Virus record (IMG/VR): IMGVR_UViG_3300034418_005550
Origin: an uncultured virus (IMG/VR IMGVR_UViG_3300034418_005550)
Taxonomy: Duplodnaviria > Heunggongvirae > Uroviricota > Caudoviricetes
Length of the DNA: 20,000 nt
Direction: 5' to 3' (one strand)
In this document: one piece after another, positions 1-9,128 of the stretch
Position numbering within the stretch: the stretch's first letter is position 1
Layout of the letters: each line of letters opens with the position of its first letter
Position numbers and translations under genes: made by a program
The notes under the pieces: model-generated
What the model was told of the DNA's origin: nothing
Seen by the model: the letters and a program-made list of their open reading frames with translations, nothing else
Database searches by the model: none

Positions 1-470
1 TTTGCTTTAATAGCCATTGTGTAAGTTTCTTGATTAGCACCTACTAATACTGGACTTACTTCCCATACTTTTACATCTTTTAAATATCTTACTTCTTGAC
101 TTTCGCCACTATCTTTTGTAAATGTTCCTACTTCTGAATCTAATACTTCAAAACCAAAAGACCATTGTTGTAAATCTCCCATAGCTTTAACTGTTTCATA
201 AGCTTCTTTTCCTGCGTCTGTATTCATATTAAATTCGCCTACAAACTTAGCGTTATTATCATCTTGTACGATTTTTCCTTTACCAATTGGCTTAGCCCAA
301 TCATGAGCCCAAACCATTGTTACGCCTTTTTCTCCATAGCCACTTCTAATTGACTTTGGTACGACTACATCATTATCGCTATCTATTGTATTAAATACGC
401 TAAAAACTGCTTCAACTTTTCCCTCTACATCGCTTGGGATAATTGACTCAATTGTTTTAAACTCTTTCAT
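1..470 (-). CDS. HK97-family prohead maturation protease (runs off the window at position 1)
   Basis: Not in the ORF track. Manual translation from ATG at 470 (ATGA overlap with the upstream stop): MKEFKTIESIIPSDVEGKVEAVFSVFNTIDSDNDVVVP...MVWAHDWAKPIG...QQWSFGF...WEVSPVLVGAN. These are the His, Ser-x-G-F and EVS-x-V motifs of HK97 proteases, and the gene follows portal/head genes. Confidence 0.9.
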   Translation of the reverse strand, partial: MKEFKTIESIIPSDVEGKVEAVFSVFNTIDSDNDVVVPKSIRSGYGEKGVTMVWAHDWAKPIGKGKIVQDDNNAKFVGEFNMNTDAGKEAYETVKAMGDLQQWSFGFEVLDSEVGTFTKDSGESQEVRYLKDVKVWEVSPVLVGANQETYTMAIKA

Positions 471-1807
471 CTGCGTCTTCTATTCCTTTTTCTATGGTAT
501 ATTGTATCACATCTGCAATTGACAACAAGGTTTGCAGGAGCACCAAAAGAGCTATCGCCAGGATATTTCATCTTGTATCCTCCTACTGTGAACAATTGCT
601 CATAATTTACTCTAGCATTATCAACTGCTCTATGTGGGTCTCGAACTAAATTATCTCTACGAGTAATCCATTGTTTTTCTACTGGAACACCACTTCTTTT
701 TACTGCTTGTTCTTTTCCAAATTGTGCTAAGACTTGTGCCTCTGTTCTTGCAATAGTATTACTTCTTCCTAATCTTTGTAATCCAAATCTATTGCTTACT
801 TCAGATTGAACATAATCTGCTAAATCTTGTCCTATTAAACCTAATTCACTTCCTTTATCAAATCCTACTCTTAATGCAACATTTAATCTTTTCTTAGTTG
901 TCTTAGCTAATTCAGGCATAATTGTATCTAATCTATTAGTAACAAATTCTATTGCCTCTTTATTTCTTGTCATAGGCTCAATAGGAAAAACTGTATTTGA
1001 GTTTCTTAATCTAAAAAATCCACCTGTAATAACTTCCATACGAGGTTTTCTTTGTCTTCCTGCAATAATATCTTCATCTCTATTTTTAATTTGTTCTGGT
1101 AATAAAGTTTCTATTTGTGCATAAGCAAAGTCAGTCATTAATGATAAATACATTTCATATAAATCTGCTTTCCAATCTGCAGTTATCTTATCAATAATTA
1201 AACTTGCACCTGCTCCAATACCAATAATTGTTGGTGGATTATTCTTAAAATAAGTATTTATTTCTCTTTCTAAATTTTTAAATAATTGAAAATATTCTAA
1301 AGTTAATTGATAGTCCCATTTAGATAATAAAGCGTCATATTGTTTCCATAAAATAGTTTTAGTTTCTTCACTTTCAAATTCTCCTGCAAATATTTCATCA
1401 TTTAAGTCTAAAATTGCATTTCTTCTTTTTATTAACTCTAGAGCAGATGATACTTTTTCATCTCTTGCATTCATTGCCCTTACTAACTTTTGGCTCCAAC
1501 TTCTTCCTGCGTTTCCTCCCCATAAAGCCCAAGCTATTCTTCCATTACTTGGATAGCCATCTTCTCCTGGTGACCAACCTTGACCTGCTTTATCACTTTC
1601 GTGTCTTGGAAAATATTTAGCAATATGTCTTACTTTTTCTGCACCTGCAGTTGTATTATTTAAAATATATCTTGCTGAATTCCTACCAACAGAAGTACCA
1701 CCTCTGCCATATTCTTTTACCCAATCTAGACCTCTCCTAGCTTCTTCTTTAGCACCTTTAGGAATTGTAAAATCTAAATCGTCGTAAGGTCCTTTAAAAT
1801 TCTCCAC
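467..1807 (-). CDS. Head morphogenesis / minor capsid protein (Mu gpF / SPP1 gp7 family) with an extra N-terminal domain
   Basis: C-terminus IARTE...KQWITRRDNLVRDPH...YPGD...NCRC is typical of Phage_Mu_F. Lies between portal and protease. N-terminal ~115 aa (ARRGL...YFPRHE...IAWALWGG) look like a separate domain. Confidence 0.85.
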   Translation of the reverse strand: MENFKGPYDDLDFTIPKGAKEEARRGLDWVKEYGRGGTSVGRNSARYILNNTTAGAEKVRHIAKYFPRHESDKAGQGWSPGEDGYPSNGRIAWALWGGNAGRSWSQKLVRAMNARDEKVSSALELIKRRNAILDLNDEIFAGEFESEETKTILWKQYDALLSKWDYQLTLEYFQLFKNLEREINTYFKNNPPTIIGIGAGASLIIDKITADWKADLYEMYLSLMTDFAYAQIETLLPEQIKNRDEDIIAGRQRKPRMEVITGGFFRLRNSNTVFPIEPMTRNKEAIEFVTNRLDTIMPELAKTTKKRLNVALRVGFDKGSELGLIGQDLADYVQSEVSNRFGLQRLGRSNTIARTEAQVLAQFGKEQAVKRSGVPVEKQWITRRDNLVRDPHRAVDNARVNYEQLFTVGGYKMKYPGDSSFGAPANLVVNCRCDTIYHRKRNRRRR

Positions 1808-3290
1808 TATAAGCGTTCTCTCCGAATCTATGTATTTGTTCTAATCTAGCTTTTGCTAATTCTTCAGTAGGATAACAACCTAGAAGTCTATTTGTATCTT
1901 CTGAATAAACACAATACTCGCCATTTTCTTCTCTAATTACTTTTATTTCTAAATCATTTTCAAAACTAGATAATTCAATAACTTCTTGATTTGGTATTTC
2001 TTGTACTGCAGTAAATGTTCCTAATTCATCTTTTGGAACTGCTACTTTATTATTAGGCATTAAATAAACATCATCATTTTCATCTGTATCTAATCCTATT
2101 GCTCTTCTTGCCTCGCCAATAGTCATTATTCCTGCATTAACACCAACTGCTAATCTTCTATACATATCATCTTCATCTTGCTGTAACGCTCTTACATCTG
2201 AAAAGTCATAATAAGCCTCTTGATATTGTTCTGTATGAAAATCTACATTTAATAATTGATGAGTTAATTCTTGTCCTATCATTCTCCATAATGGTATTAA
2301 TTTATTTTCAGTAAAATACTCTCTTAATTGTTTTGCATTAGAATAAGTTGCTCTATCTAATCCTGCACCTAATCCTGCTAATATTGCAGGTACTCCTAAT
2401 ACTGCTGATATTCTTTCTTCTGATATATGTCTTAATTTTCCTATATCTAATTCACTTGGACTAAATGACATTTTTTCTACAGACATAGCACCACTAAGTA
2501 CTAAAGGCATTCCTTTGTTTTGACCTGCTACTTTTTGTTGATAAGTTTTTACAATTTGTTCAGCTTCTTCACTAGTTGGTCCATATCCGTCCTTTGGACT
2601 AATAATTACACTTGGAACACCGCTATTAGCTAATAATGCAGTTGCTAATTGACCTGCTGATTCATCGCCATATATTTCTCTTAATACTGACTTTAAAGGA
2701 CTAAAACCTCTTTTATGATTAGTTGGGTCTAATCCTAATCGTAAATGTATAATATCTTCTTTCATTATGATTGTTAAGCCGTTCTTTTCAGTTTCATATT
2801 CATAATGAGTTATCAAATCTTCTTTAGTACCTTTTGGAGTTACTAAGTTAGGCATTAAAGGATAAAGTGCTACTACTTGTCCTGATTCATTCTTTTGTTT
2901 TAATAAATAGGCATCTCCAAATACATGCATAGCATTTATTATGTATTGTTGTATTACATCTCCTGACATATAAGGATTAGGTCTTTTCATCAATATTTCA
3001 AATGGATGATTATAAATAACTTCCATTTCATTATCTTGGTTATAAGTTTTAACTAATAAAGAGGCTTCAGAAAATGAAACTCCTAAAGTTTGTAAACATG
3101 CAACAACTGCTGAATTAGATTGTCCATTACCAATATTATTAACATCAAATTCTCCTGCACGCGTATTAAAGCCCCATATAAAACTGTTTTGTCCGTATAT
3201 TCCTACATCATCTCTAAAAAAATTATAATATTTTTCTTCTTGATTATTTCTTCCAAATATTATTTCGCTTAATTTTCTTCTCTCTGCCAT
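1794..3290 (-). CDS. Phage portal protein (HK97 family)
   Basis: RPNPYMSG, GDAY, LYPLMP, DIIHLR, GFSPL, GVP..L...ATYSNA, GIMTIGEARR motifs; directly downstream of terL; SD AAGGAG. Confidence 0.95.
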   Translation of the reverse strand: MAERRKLSEIIFGRNNQEEKYYNFFRDDVGIYGQNSFIWGFNTRAGEFDVNNIGNGQSNSAVVACLQTLGVSFSEASLLVKTYNQDNEMEVIYNHPFEILMKRPNPYMSGDVIQQYIINAMHVFGDAYLLKQKNESGQVVALYPLMPNLVTPKGTKEDLITHYEYETEKNGLTIIMKEDIIHLRLGLDPTNHKRGFSPLKSVLREIYGDESAGQLATALLANSGVPSVIISPKDGYGPTSEEAEQIVKTYQQKVAGQNKGMPLVLSGAMSVEKMSFSPSELDIGKLRHISEERISAVLGVPAILAGLGAGLDRATYSNAKQLREYFTENKLIPLWRMIGQELTHQLLNVDFHTEQYQEAYYDFSDVRALQQDEDDMYRRLAVGVNAGIMTIGEARRAIGLDTDENDDVYLMPNNKVAVPKDELGTFTAVQEIPNQEVIELSSFENDLEIKVIREENGEYCVYSEDTNRLLGCYPTEELAKARLEQIHRFGENAYSGEF

Positions 3291-3300
3291 TTTTACTCCT

Positions 3301-3356
3301 TAGTGGTTTTGATAGTAAGTGAACGCAACCCTAAGGTCTTACTATCGCCACCACTA
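3301..3356. other. Imperfect hairpin filling the terL-portal intergenic gap
   Basis: TAGTGGT (3301-3307) pairs with ACCACTA (3350-3356); GATAGTAAG (3311-3319) pairs with CTTACTATC (3338-3346). Confidence 0.7.
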
Positions 3357-4598
3357 CTAATATGCTTTATATCCAGTAGTGCCAATTGTTTCAGTTATTG
3401 CATAAGCTAATGCGTCCACTTGGTCATCATGCTCTCCAACAGGAAACTGTAACAACTCTCTTTCCAAATCAGAATACCATAAAGCATTACGATTAAAAAA
3501 CACTTGTGCGCTTTCCATTTTAGCACCTAAAGGCAACGCTCTGCTGAATTTATCCTTATCTGGAGTTAATGGCTTAACTGGTAAGCCCTCTCTTTGAGCC
3601 ATTTGTATTAATGCTAGTTGATATCCTGCTTTTTCTATACCTACATATGCAGGTTTAAATTCATTATAGACTTTCCATAATAAAGGTAATATATCAGGTG
3701 CTTCTAATCTTGCTTTTTTAACATCGAGTACCAATAAGTCATTATCTTTTGTTTTACCAACTGTAACAATAGCAGTAAAGTCTGCACTTTCTTTGGTACT
3801 TGTAGCCAAATCCACAGTCGTAATAATTTGAATTTCATCTTTCGCAATTTTTTTCTCATTGATAAGAAAATAATCTCTATTGATTTCATAACCTATCTTA
3901 TCATATTCTTTTTCAGTAATACTTTCATAATAATGAAACCAATCAGGTTTTATTAATCCTTGCCCACTTTCAACAAATTGAGCCTCATATTCTTGGCTAA
4001 ATAAAAAACTTCCTATTTCTTCTTTAGCACTTAGTAACTCTTCTTTTGGTATAAATGGATTAGTATTTGTATGATATTGCCAAAAATTCCAATCTTTATT
4101 AGTTTCTGCTCTTTCTACTAATCTTGAAAACCAGTTAAAGCCTCTTGGTGTTGATATAAATAAAGCATGTCCTTGTTTTTCTGTTAATGTTGGTCTTATT
4201 ACTTCTGCCCATATTTCTTCTTTAATATAAGCGCACTCATCTAAAACTACAAAATCTAAACCTGCACCTCTTAACCTTTGAGGATTATCTCCTGACTTTA
4301 TTTGGAGGCTACCTTTAGCAAATGTTATTAATTTTTGAGCCTCAAGTATTTCACAAGGCAAGTCTGCAACTATTTGTCTAAATTCTCTCCAACCCTCCAT
4401 AGCCATAGGATAAGTTGGAGCTATCCACCAAACACGACCGCCTTGAAGTGCATATTTAATAGCCATTGCTATTCCAAGTCTTGTTTTGCCCCAACGCCTA
4501 CCTGCAACTACAATTTTAAATCTTGTATTATCGTTTAATATCTCCTGCTGTTTTTCATGCAAGTCAGGAAGTTCAATAGTTAATTCTGGTCTGACCAT
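3357..4598 (-). CDS. terL: Terminase large subunit
   Basis: Walker A AGRRWGKT, Walker B FVVLDE, ISTPRG coupling motif, nuclease motifs VDLA...D and HDDQVDA. Confidence 0.95.
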   Translation of the reverse strand: MVRPELTIELPDLHEKQQEILNDNTRFKIVVAGRRWGKTRLGIAMAIKYALQGGRVWWIAPTYPMAMEGWREFRQIVADLPCEILEAQKLITFAKGSLQIKSGDNPQRLRGAGLDFVVLDECAYIKEEIWAEVIRPTLTEKQGHALFISTPRGFNWFSRLVERAETNKDWNFWQYHTNTNPFIPKEELLSAKEEIGSFLFSQEYEAQFVESGQGLIKPDWFHYYESITEKEYDKIGYEINRDYFLINEKKIAKDEIQIITTVDLATSTKESADFTAIVTVGKTKDNDLLVLDVKKARLEAPDILPLLWKVYNEFKPAYVGIEKAGYQLALIQMAQREGLPVKPLTPDKDKFSRALPLGAKMESAQVFFNRNALWYSDLERELLQFPVGEHDDQVDALAYAITETIGTTGYKAY

Positions 4599-4990
4599 TT
4601 TAATTTAATTGTTAATGGTTCGTTTTCTTCTTCTCCTGTAAGCTTTAATCTATCAACTCGTCCAAATTCTTCAGGAAAACGCCTTTCTAAAAACCAAGCG
4701 TCTGCTTGCCATTTGCCCTCAGTACTAGCTTTATCAATTCTGCCTAATCTCCTCATTACATTTTCAGCATTAGCTTTATTTACTTCTTTAACAAATTTAA
4801 TTAATAATTCATTTTTTTGAGATTTTCTTTTTGGATTAGCGATTAAATCTTCGCCCTCTTTTCTCCAACGCCTAAATGTTTCATAACTTATACCTAAATG
4901 CCCACAAGTCATTGAATAAGAAAGCCCAAGTTTAATTCTTGTGGAGAATTCTTCTATTAATGTATCAGTTAATTTAGTTGGTCTAGCCAT
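4580..4990 (-). CDS. terS: Terminase small subunit (HTH type)
   Basis: MARPTKL N-terminus, HTH GISYETFRRW, WQADAWFLERRFPEEFG motif; overlaps the terL start. Confidence 0.8.
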   Translation of the reverse strand: MARPTKLTDTLIEEFSTRIKLGLSYSMTCGHLGISYETFRRWRKEGEDLIANPKRKSQKNELLIKFVKEVNKANAENVMRRLGRIDKASTEGKWQADAWFLERRFPEEFGRVDRLKLTGEEENEPLTIKLKWSDQN

Positions 4991-5089
4991 AATGCGTTCT
5001 CCTAAATTGTATCATATTTCTTTTTTTTATACACACAAAACACATTTTACTACATAATCATTGAATTTTCAGTCCTTATAGTTGTTCCA

Positions 5090-5134
5090 GAATGCTTTTT
5101 ACTACCGAGAGAACAAAAGGTCAGGTATGTTTTT
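5090..5134 (+). repeat. Dispersed intergenic repeat, copy 1
   Basis: CGAGAGAACAAAAGGTCAGGTAT (5106-5128) is identical to 9079-9101. 5090-5119 matches the reverse complement of 14625-14654 at 29/30. Confidence 0.9.
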
Positions 5135-5136
5135 CT

Positions 5137-5610
5137 CTATGTTTCGTTGTTCCAAGTTTCTAACAACGCGATTATTACATCTTCTAACTTATCTAGTTCA
5201 ATAATTGCTAAACCATTTGAAGTTCCATCAGGCATAGCTACAAACATAAATGGTCTGCTATCTCCTATTCTTGTATTTGAATCACTTTGTTCTTTTGCTT
5301 TTAAATATTTAGTCCAAATAGTTTGAATTTGTTTTCCTGCTTTAACTTCTACTCTTACTTCGCCTTGCCAACTTTCCTCATTGCCCATTTGTCCTCTAAA
5401 TTTTGTATCAGGAATGCGTAGCTTTTTACGAGCTAAATTTTGCTTTCTGCGACCTTTTTGTTTATTTCTAAGTCCTCTTTTTTGATTTTCAGACCAATTA
5501 TCTCTTTTTTTAACTGTTTTTTGTCCCATGCCTTGAGTTCCACTCTCGGCTCTTTTTCTAGCTTTAAACTCTGAAAAAGTTTCGTCTTCTCTCCAACCCT
5601 CAATTGACAT
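5137..5610 (-). CDS. Putative PD-(D/E)xK nuclease / Holliday-junction-resolvase-like protein
   Basis: Basic NKQKGRRKQ segment followed by VRVEVKAG (ExK) and a C-terminal beta-beta-alpha pattern; located upstream of terS. Start moved to ATG 5610 to minimise overlap. Confidence 0.45.
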   Translation of the reverse strand: MSIEGWREDETFSEFKARKRAESGTQGMGQKTVKKRDNWSENQKRGLRNKQKGRRKQNLARKKLRIPDTKFRGQMGNEESWQGEVRVEVKAGKQIQTIWTKYLKAKEQSDSNTRIGDSRPFMFVAMPDGTSNGLAIIELDKLEDVIIALLETWNNET

Positions 5611-5923
5611 AACAATGAACACATTTATCTTGTTGTGCTTCAATTGGCTCAATTATTGTAGAACAATTCTGACAAACTAATAAATCTAAACTTGCTTTTA
5701 ATTTACCAACTTGTGCTATTGCTAAATTACTTTCTTCTTGTAGAGCTTTTGTAAATGGAATAATATCTTCTGCTTTTAATAATATTGGTGCAGGATGAGG
5801 TAAAGCCCAAATATAAATGCTTACTTGTCCGTCATTATATCCTTTGCCTATTGCAATTTCGTTACCAAATACATCTTCAAATATAACTTGGTTATCATCT
5901 TCTTCGTTCCAATGCCCACTCAT
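5600..5923 (-). CDS. Hypothetical protein with C-terminal CxxC...CxxC zinc ribbon
   Basis: ORF track; CQNC...CVHC; tightly packed with its neighbours. Confidence 0.6.
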   Translation of the reverse strand: MSGHWNEEDDNQVIFEDVFGNEIAIGKGYNDGQVSIYIWALPHPAPILLKAEDIIPFTKALQEESNLAIAQVGKLKASLDLLVCQNCSTIIEPIEAQQDKCVHCYVN

Positions 5924-6197
5924 AATAATATGCCTTATGTTTTCTTTCTTTCATTGTACACTCTTCTTCAAGACAAGTTAGAGTTTCTATTGGCAGTCCT
6001 GTCTTTCGTGCATTATAAACAACATCTCTTATATTTGTACTATGATATGAGCAAATAAATTTACCGCTAGTTAATTCATTTAATAGTTTAGTTCTACTAA
6101 TTGTTGGTATATTATTCTTGCTCTTTTTTTGCTTTTGCTTTTTTGAATTTACCTTTGTTGAGTTTATCATGTAAAACCATTTCTCCTGTTGCGTCAT
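5895..6197 (-). CDS. Hypothetical protein, possible winged-HTH (start uncertain)
   Basis: ORF track; C-terminal half resembles the N-terminal domain of 6612-7091; 86-bp overlap with the upstream ORF. Confidence 0.5.
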   Translation of the reverse strand: MTQQEKWFYMINSTKVNSKKQKQKKSKNNIPTISRTKLLNELTSGKFICSYHSTNIRDVVYNARKTGLPIETLTCLEEECTMKERKHKAYYYEWALERRR

Positions 6198-6615
6198 AAT
6201 ATTGTGATAGAAATCTTGCTAATTGATATTCGCTTTTAAATCTCATAAAGCCTTGCCAATTATCTTTTAGTTCTTTGCTCTTTAAATTTCTAAAAACAAT
6301 TCTATGCTCATCTGTTACTTCTTTATCCATACAACATTGACAAAGTCCAAACTCATCTGCCATTGTTCTATCTTTTTTAATTATGTTAAAAAAACATTCC
6401 ATACAAAGTGCATTATTATTATTTAAACAAAAAATTGACATTTGTATCTCTTGTTCATCAAATATTTGAATATTTTTATTACAAAAATCACATAACCAAT
6501 CAATTGGACTAATTGGAATTGTAGAAGTTTCATTATCTGTAACTATTGAAATATGACTTCCTGTATTAGTTCTATGCTGAATTGGATTTTCATAAATAAC
6601 AAATTGCTCTTTCAT
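6112..6615 (-). CDS. Cys-rich hypothetical protein
   Basis: CDFC, CMEC, CQCC motifs; ATGA overlap with the upstream gene. Confidence 0.65.
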   Translation of the reverse strand: MKEQFVIYENPIQHRTNTGSHISIVTDNETSTIPISPIDWLCDFCNKNIQIFDEQEIQMSIFCLNNNNALCMECFFNIIKKDRTMADEFGLCQCCMDKEVTDEHRIVFRNLKSKELKDNWQGFMRFKSEYQLARFLSQYYDATGEMVLHDKLNKGKFKKAKAKKEQE

Positions 6616-7091
6616 AATTCTTCCTTTAATTCATTTATAAATTCATCCATATCATCTCTATTAACTAACTTATCGTTCCATTTAACACCGTCAGGCGTTT
6701 CATTTTTAAATCTTATAACTTCACTATGACTTGAGTTAAAAACTTTACAAATAAAGTTATAATAATTTGAACTTCTTTTTGCTAACTTATATAAACATTC
6801 TTCATTACCAATCCAAAGTGCAACATTCCAAGTTTCATAATTTTTCCAACCATTGTGGTCATTTATTCTATACATAGCAACTCTGCCTGTATGATTATGA
6901 CTTGTTTTATCACAAACATCACTTTCAATATTCCAACCTCTTTTTCTCAAATCAGTTATTCTTTGAGAGTAAGTTGGAATAAATTCCTTTTGGAACTCTA
7001 CTCCACAAATCCAACCACCATTAACAATTAACTTTGAAAGAACTCTTTCAACTTGTGGTCTTGGTTTTGTATCTAATATTTCTCCACTCAT
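6612..7091 (-). CDS. Two-domain hypothetical protein: HTH-like N-terminus plus NGWxNYETWNVALW domain
   Basis: SQRITDLRKRGWNIES is HTH-like. HNGWKNYETWNVALWI is a motif I recall from uncharacterised phage proteins. SD AGGAG. Confidence 0.65.
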   Translation of the reverse strand: MSGEILDTKPRPQVERVLSKLIVNGGWICGVEFQKEFIPTYSQRITDLRKRGWNIESDVCDKTSHNHTGRVAMYRINDHNGWKNYETWNVALWIGNEECLYKLAKRSSNYYNFICKVFNSSHSEVIRFKNETPDGVKWNDKLVNRDDMDEFINELKEEL

Positions 7092-7115
7092 TATTATCTC
7101 CTTTTTTCTTTTAGT

Positions 7116-8225
7116 TTAATATCTAGCACTTGCTACTTTCTTAGTTAAATGATTGTTAAATCTTGCAACCATTCTCGTAGTTCCAGTAGCACATTGCTTG
7201 ACACTTTTAGCACCTTTAAGCATAACTTCATTAGTTACACCACAATCTTTTAGACATTGTTCGGTATGATTAAATATTCCTAACCAATGGACATCTCTTA
7301 GTTTATATTCTTCTATTAATTTAATTTGCATTTCATGTCCTAAAAATCTTCCAACAAGCATTAATAATTGACTTGTGAAATATTCATCGTGGTCGTTATT
7401 ACAACCTGCACCTTGATGAGCAAGTTCGTGCAATAAAGTTAAATCAGTTGCCCACTTTTTCAATATAATTCTTCCGCCCCAAGTGTAATAAGATGAGCCT
7501 TCATAACTATTAACTAATTCTATATTTATATTTTTATCGAAATATTTCTTATAAAAGAAGTCGCTAAATATTTTAGTCTTAACATTTTTACGAACTATCT
7601 TTTCTAGTTCTTCAGTAGATAGTTTATTTTCGTTCTTAACATTTTTATATGCATATTTATTCTTTAGTAACTTTTCGTTCCAAGTTTCATTATTTTCTAA
7701 TATTGGTTTAGATATTTCTAAATTCAATTCATATGTATTTGCATAATATTGATTACCTGCTTTATCGAAATATCTTCTTCTTCTTGGTGTCATACATCCC
7801 ATGTACATGTGCCACTCATATCCTTGCTCATTAGGATAAAGTTTGGAATATTTTTCTGCTAACTTCCAAAAGGTTTCAAATATTTCTAAGTCCTTTTCAA
7901 ATTTAGGGGCAGGTGGTGGATTTTTATAATCATTAAAATGGTAATCATATTGATTAAATTTATATTCTAATTTTTCATCAATTATATATTCCATTTTAGG
8001 AAAGCCCCAACTATCCCTACTTATTCCGTCACTTGGTTCTATAAACTCCCCATTATCGAAAACTACTTTTTCAATAACTCCATTTGCGCCAATTATAAAA
8101 GTTCTTTTTCTTAAAACTTTTTTCTCAAGATTATTAGAATTAAATTTTCTAACATCAGGCATAATGTCAAAAGTTTTTGGCATAGCCCATTCGGAACGAT
8201 AAACTGCTTTTTTCTGATTTACCAT
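7116..8225 (-). CDS. Protein with C-terminal HExxH zinc metallopeptidase-like domain
   Basis: LLHELAHQ...DHDEYF (HExxH plus a third His); own promoter and SD AAGGAG. Confidence 0.7.
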   Translation of the reverse strand: MVNQKKAVYRSEWAMPKTFDIMPDVRKFNSNNLEKKVLRKRTFIIGANGVIEKVVFDNGEFIEPSDGISRDSWGFPKMEYIIDEKLEYKFNQYDYHFNDYKNPPPAPKFEKDLEIFETFWKLAEKYSKLYPNEQGYEWHMYMGCMTPRRRRYFDKAGNQYYANTYELNLEISKPILENNETWNEKLLKNKYAYKNVKNENKLSTEELEKIVRKNVKTKIFSDFFYKKYFDKNINIELVNSYEGSSYYTWGGRIILKKWATDLTLLHELAHQGAGCNNDHDEYFTSQLLMLVGRFLGHEMQIKLIEEYKLRDVHWLGIFNHTEQCLKDCGVTNEVMLKGAKSVKQCATGTTRMVARFNNHLTKKVASARY

Positions 8226-8237
8226 ATTAACTCCTTT

Positions 8238-8288
8238 TTATTATCTAACATATAAGATAATTATATACCTGTTATCGAGATATACCAA
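8238..8288 (-). promoter_or_regulatory. Sigma70-like promoter plus conserved leader
   Basis: TTGGTA-17bp-TATAAT, then TATCTTATATGTTAGATAATAAAAAGGAG before the ATG at 8225. Confidence 0.7.
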
Positions 8289-8290
8289 CT

Positions 8291-8413
8291 TTAAATTTTA
8301 AAAGTTTCTTTTAAATTAAAATTTTTTATTATCCTTTCTCTGATTTTTTCTCTATTAGCTTTCCACCAGTTATGAGTTTTAACTTGTTCTTCTAAATTTT
8401 TTAAATTAGCCAT
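8291..8413 (-). CDS. Small hypothetical protein (40 aa)
   Basis: Manual: MANLKNLEEQVKTHNWWKANREKIRER...; SD GGAGG; overlaps the upstream small ORF by 8 bp. Confidence 0.5.
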   Translation of the reverse strand: MANLKNLEEQVKTHNWWKANREKIRERIIKNFNLKETFKI

Positions 8414-8522
8414 ATCTTTTTTTACCTCCATTTGCTACTCTGTCATCAGTTGGTCTTTTCAAACCACGATACATTCCACCTTTTTTAGATTTCATTTTTC
8501 TTCTTTGTGCTCTATTTACCAT
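8406..8522 (-). CDS. Small basic hypothetical protein (38 aa)
   Basis: Manual: MVNRAQRRKMKSKKGGMYRGLKRPTDDRVANGGKKRYG; AGGA upstream; fills the gap between genes. Confidence 0.55.
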   Translation of the reverse strand: MVNRAQRRKMKSKKGGMYRGLKRPTDDRVANGGKKRYG

Positions 8523-8533
8523 ATCCTTTTCCT

Positions 8534-8956
8534 TTATATATCTATTTTTGAATTACCTCTCTGCAATAATCCTTTATCTTTCATTTCTACAACATCTTTT
8601 ATTTTCATACCATGAATAGTTTTTGGATTAGGATTTCTTTTATCATTTAATCTGCTTTCTAAAGTATGTCTAATTTTTGTTCTTGGTGTTTCTATATTAT
8701 TTAATTTTCTTTTAGCCATATCGTTTTTAATTTTTTTTGAAATATCTTCTTTTTTAGTTCTTCTTCTTTTAGCATTTTTAGCTTTTTGTTTAGCCCTAGA
8801 TTTATCATTAGTCCAATAAACTACTGTTGCAGATGATATATTATAATTGTCTGCTATTTCTTGAACTGTAAAACCTAATGACCTAAATTCACGCATATCA
8901 TTAACATCACTTTGATTTACTTTATATCTATTATCTGTCATATTATCTAACTTCAT
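8534..8956 (-). CDS. HTH DNA-binding protein
   Basis: LGFTVQEIADNYNISSATVVYW helix-turn-helix followed by a basic region. Confidence 0.65.
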   Translation of the reverse strand: MKLDNMTDNRYKVNQSDVNDMREFRSLGFTVQEIADNYNISSATVVYWTNDKSRAKQKAKNAKRRRTKKEDISKKIKNDMAKRKLNNIETPRTKIRHTLESRLNDKRNPNPKTIHGMKIKDVVEMKDKGLLQRGNSKIDI

Positions 8957-9054
8957 AATTTGGATTATATAATAAAACTATATCTATTCCAGAACACTTT
9001 ATAACTTTGTTCTCAAATCTTAACGCTCTGCAACTAAGTTATATCTCGGCACAG

Positions 9055-9123
9055 TTATACCAGAGAGATTTCTCCTAACGAGAGAACAAAAGGTCAGGTA
9101 TCTTTTTTCTCCATAATCATTGA
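9055..9123 (+). repeat. Dispersed intergenic repeat, copy 2 (most complete)
   Basis: TTATACCAGAGAGATTTCTCCT (cf. 11104-11125), the 23-nt core shared with 5106-5128, and CCATAATCATTGA (cf. reverse complement of 14594-14606, and 5053-5064). Confidence 0.9.
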
Positions 9124-9128
9124 GGTTT

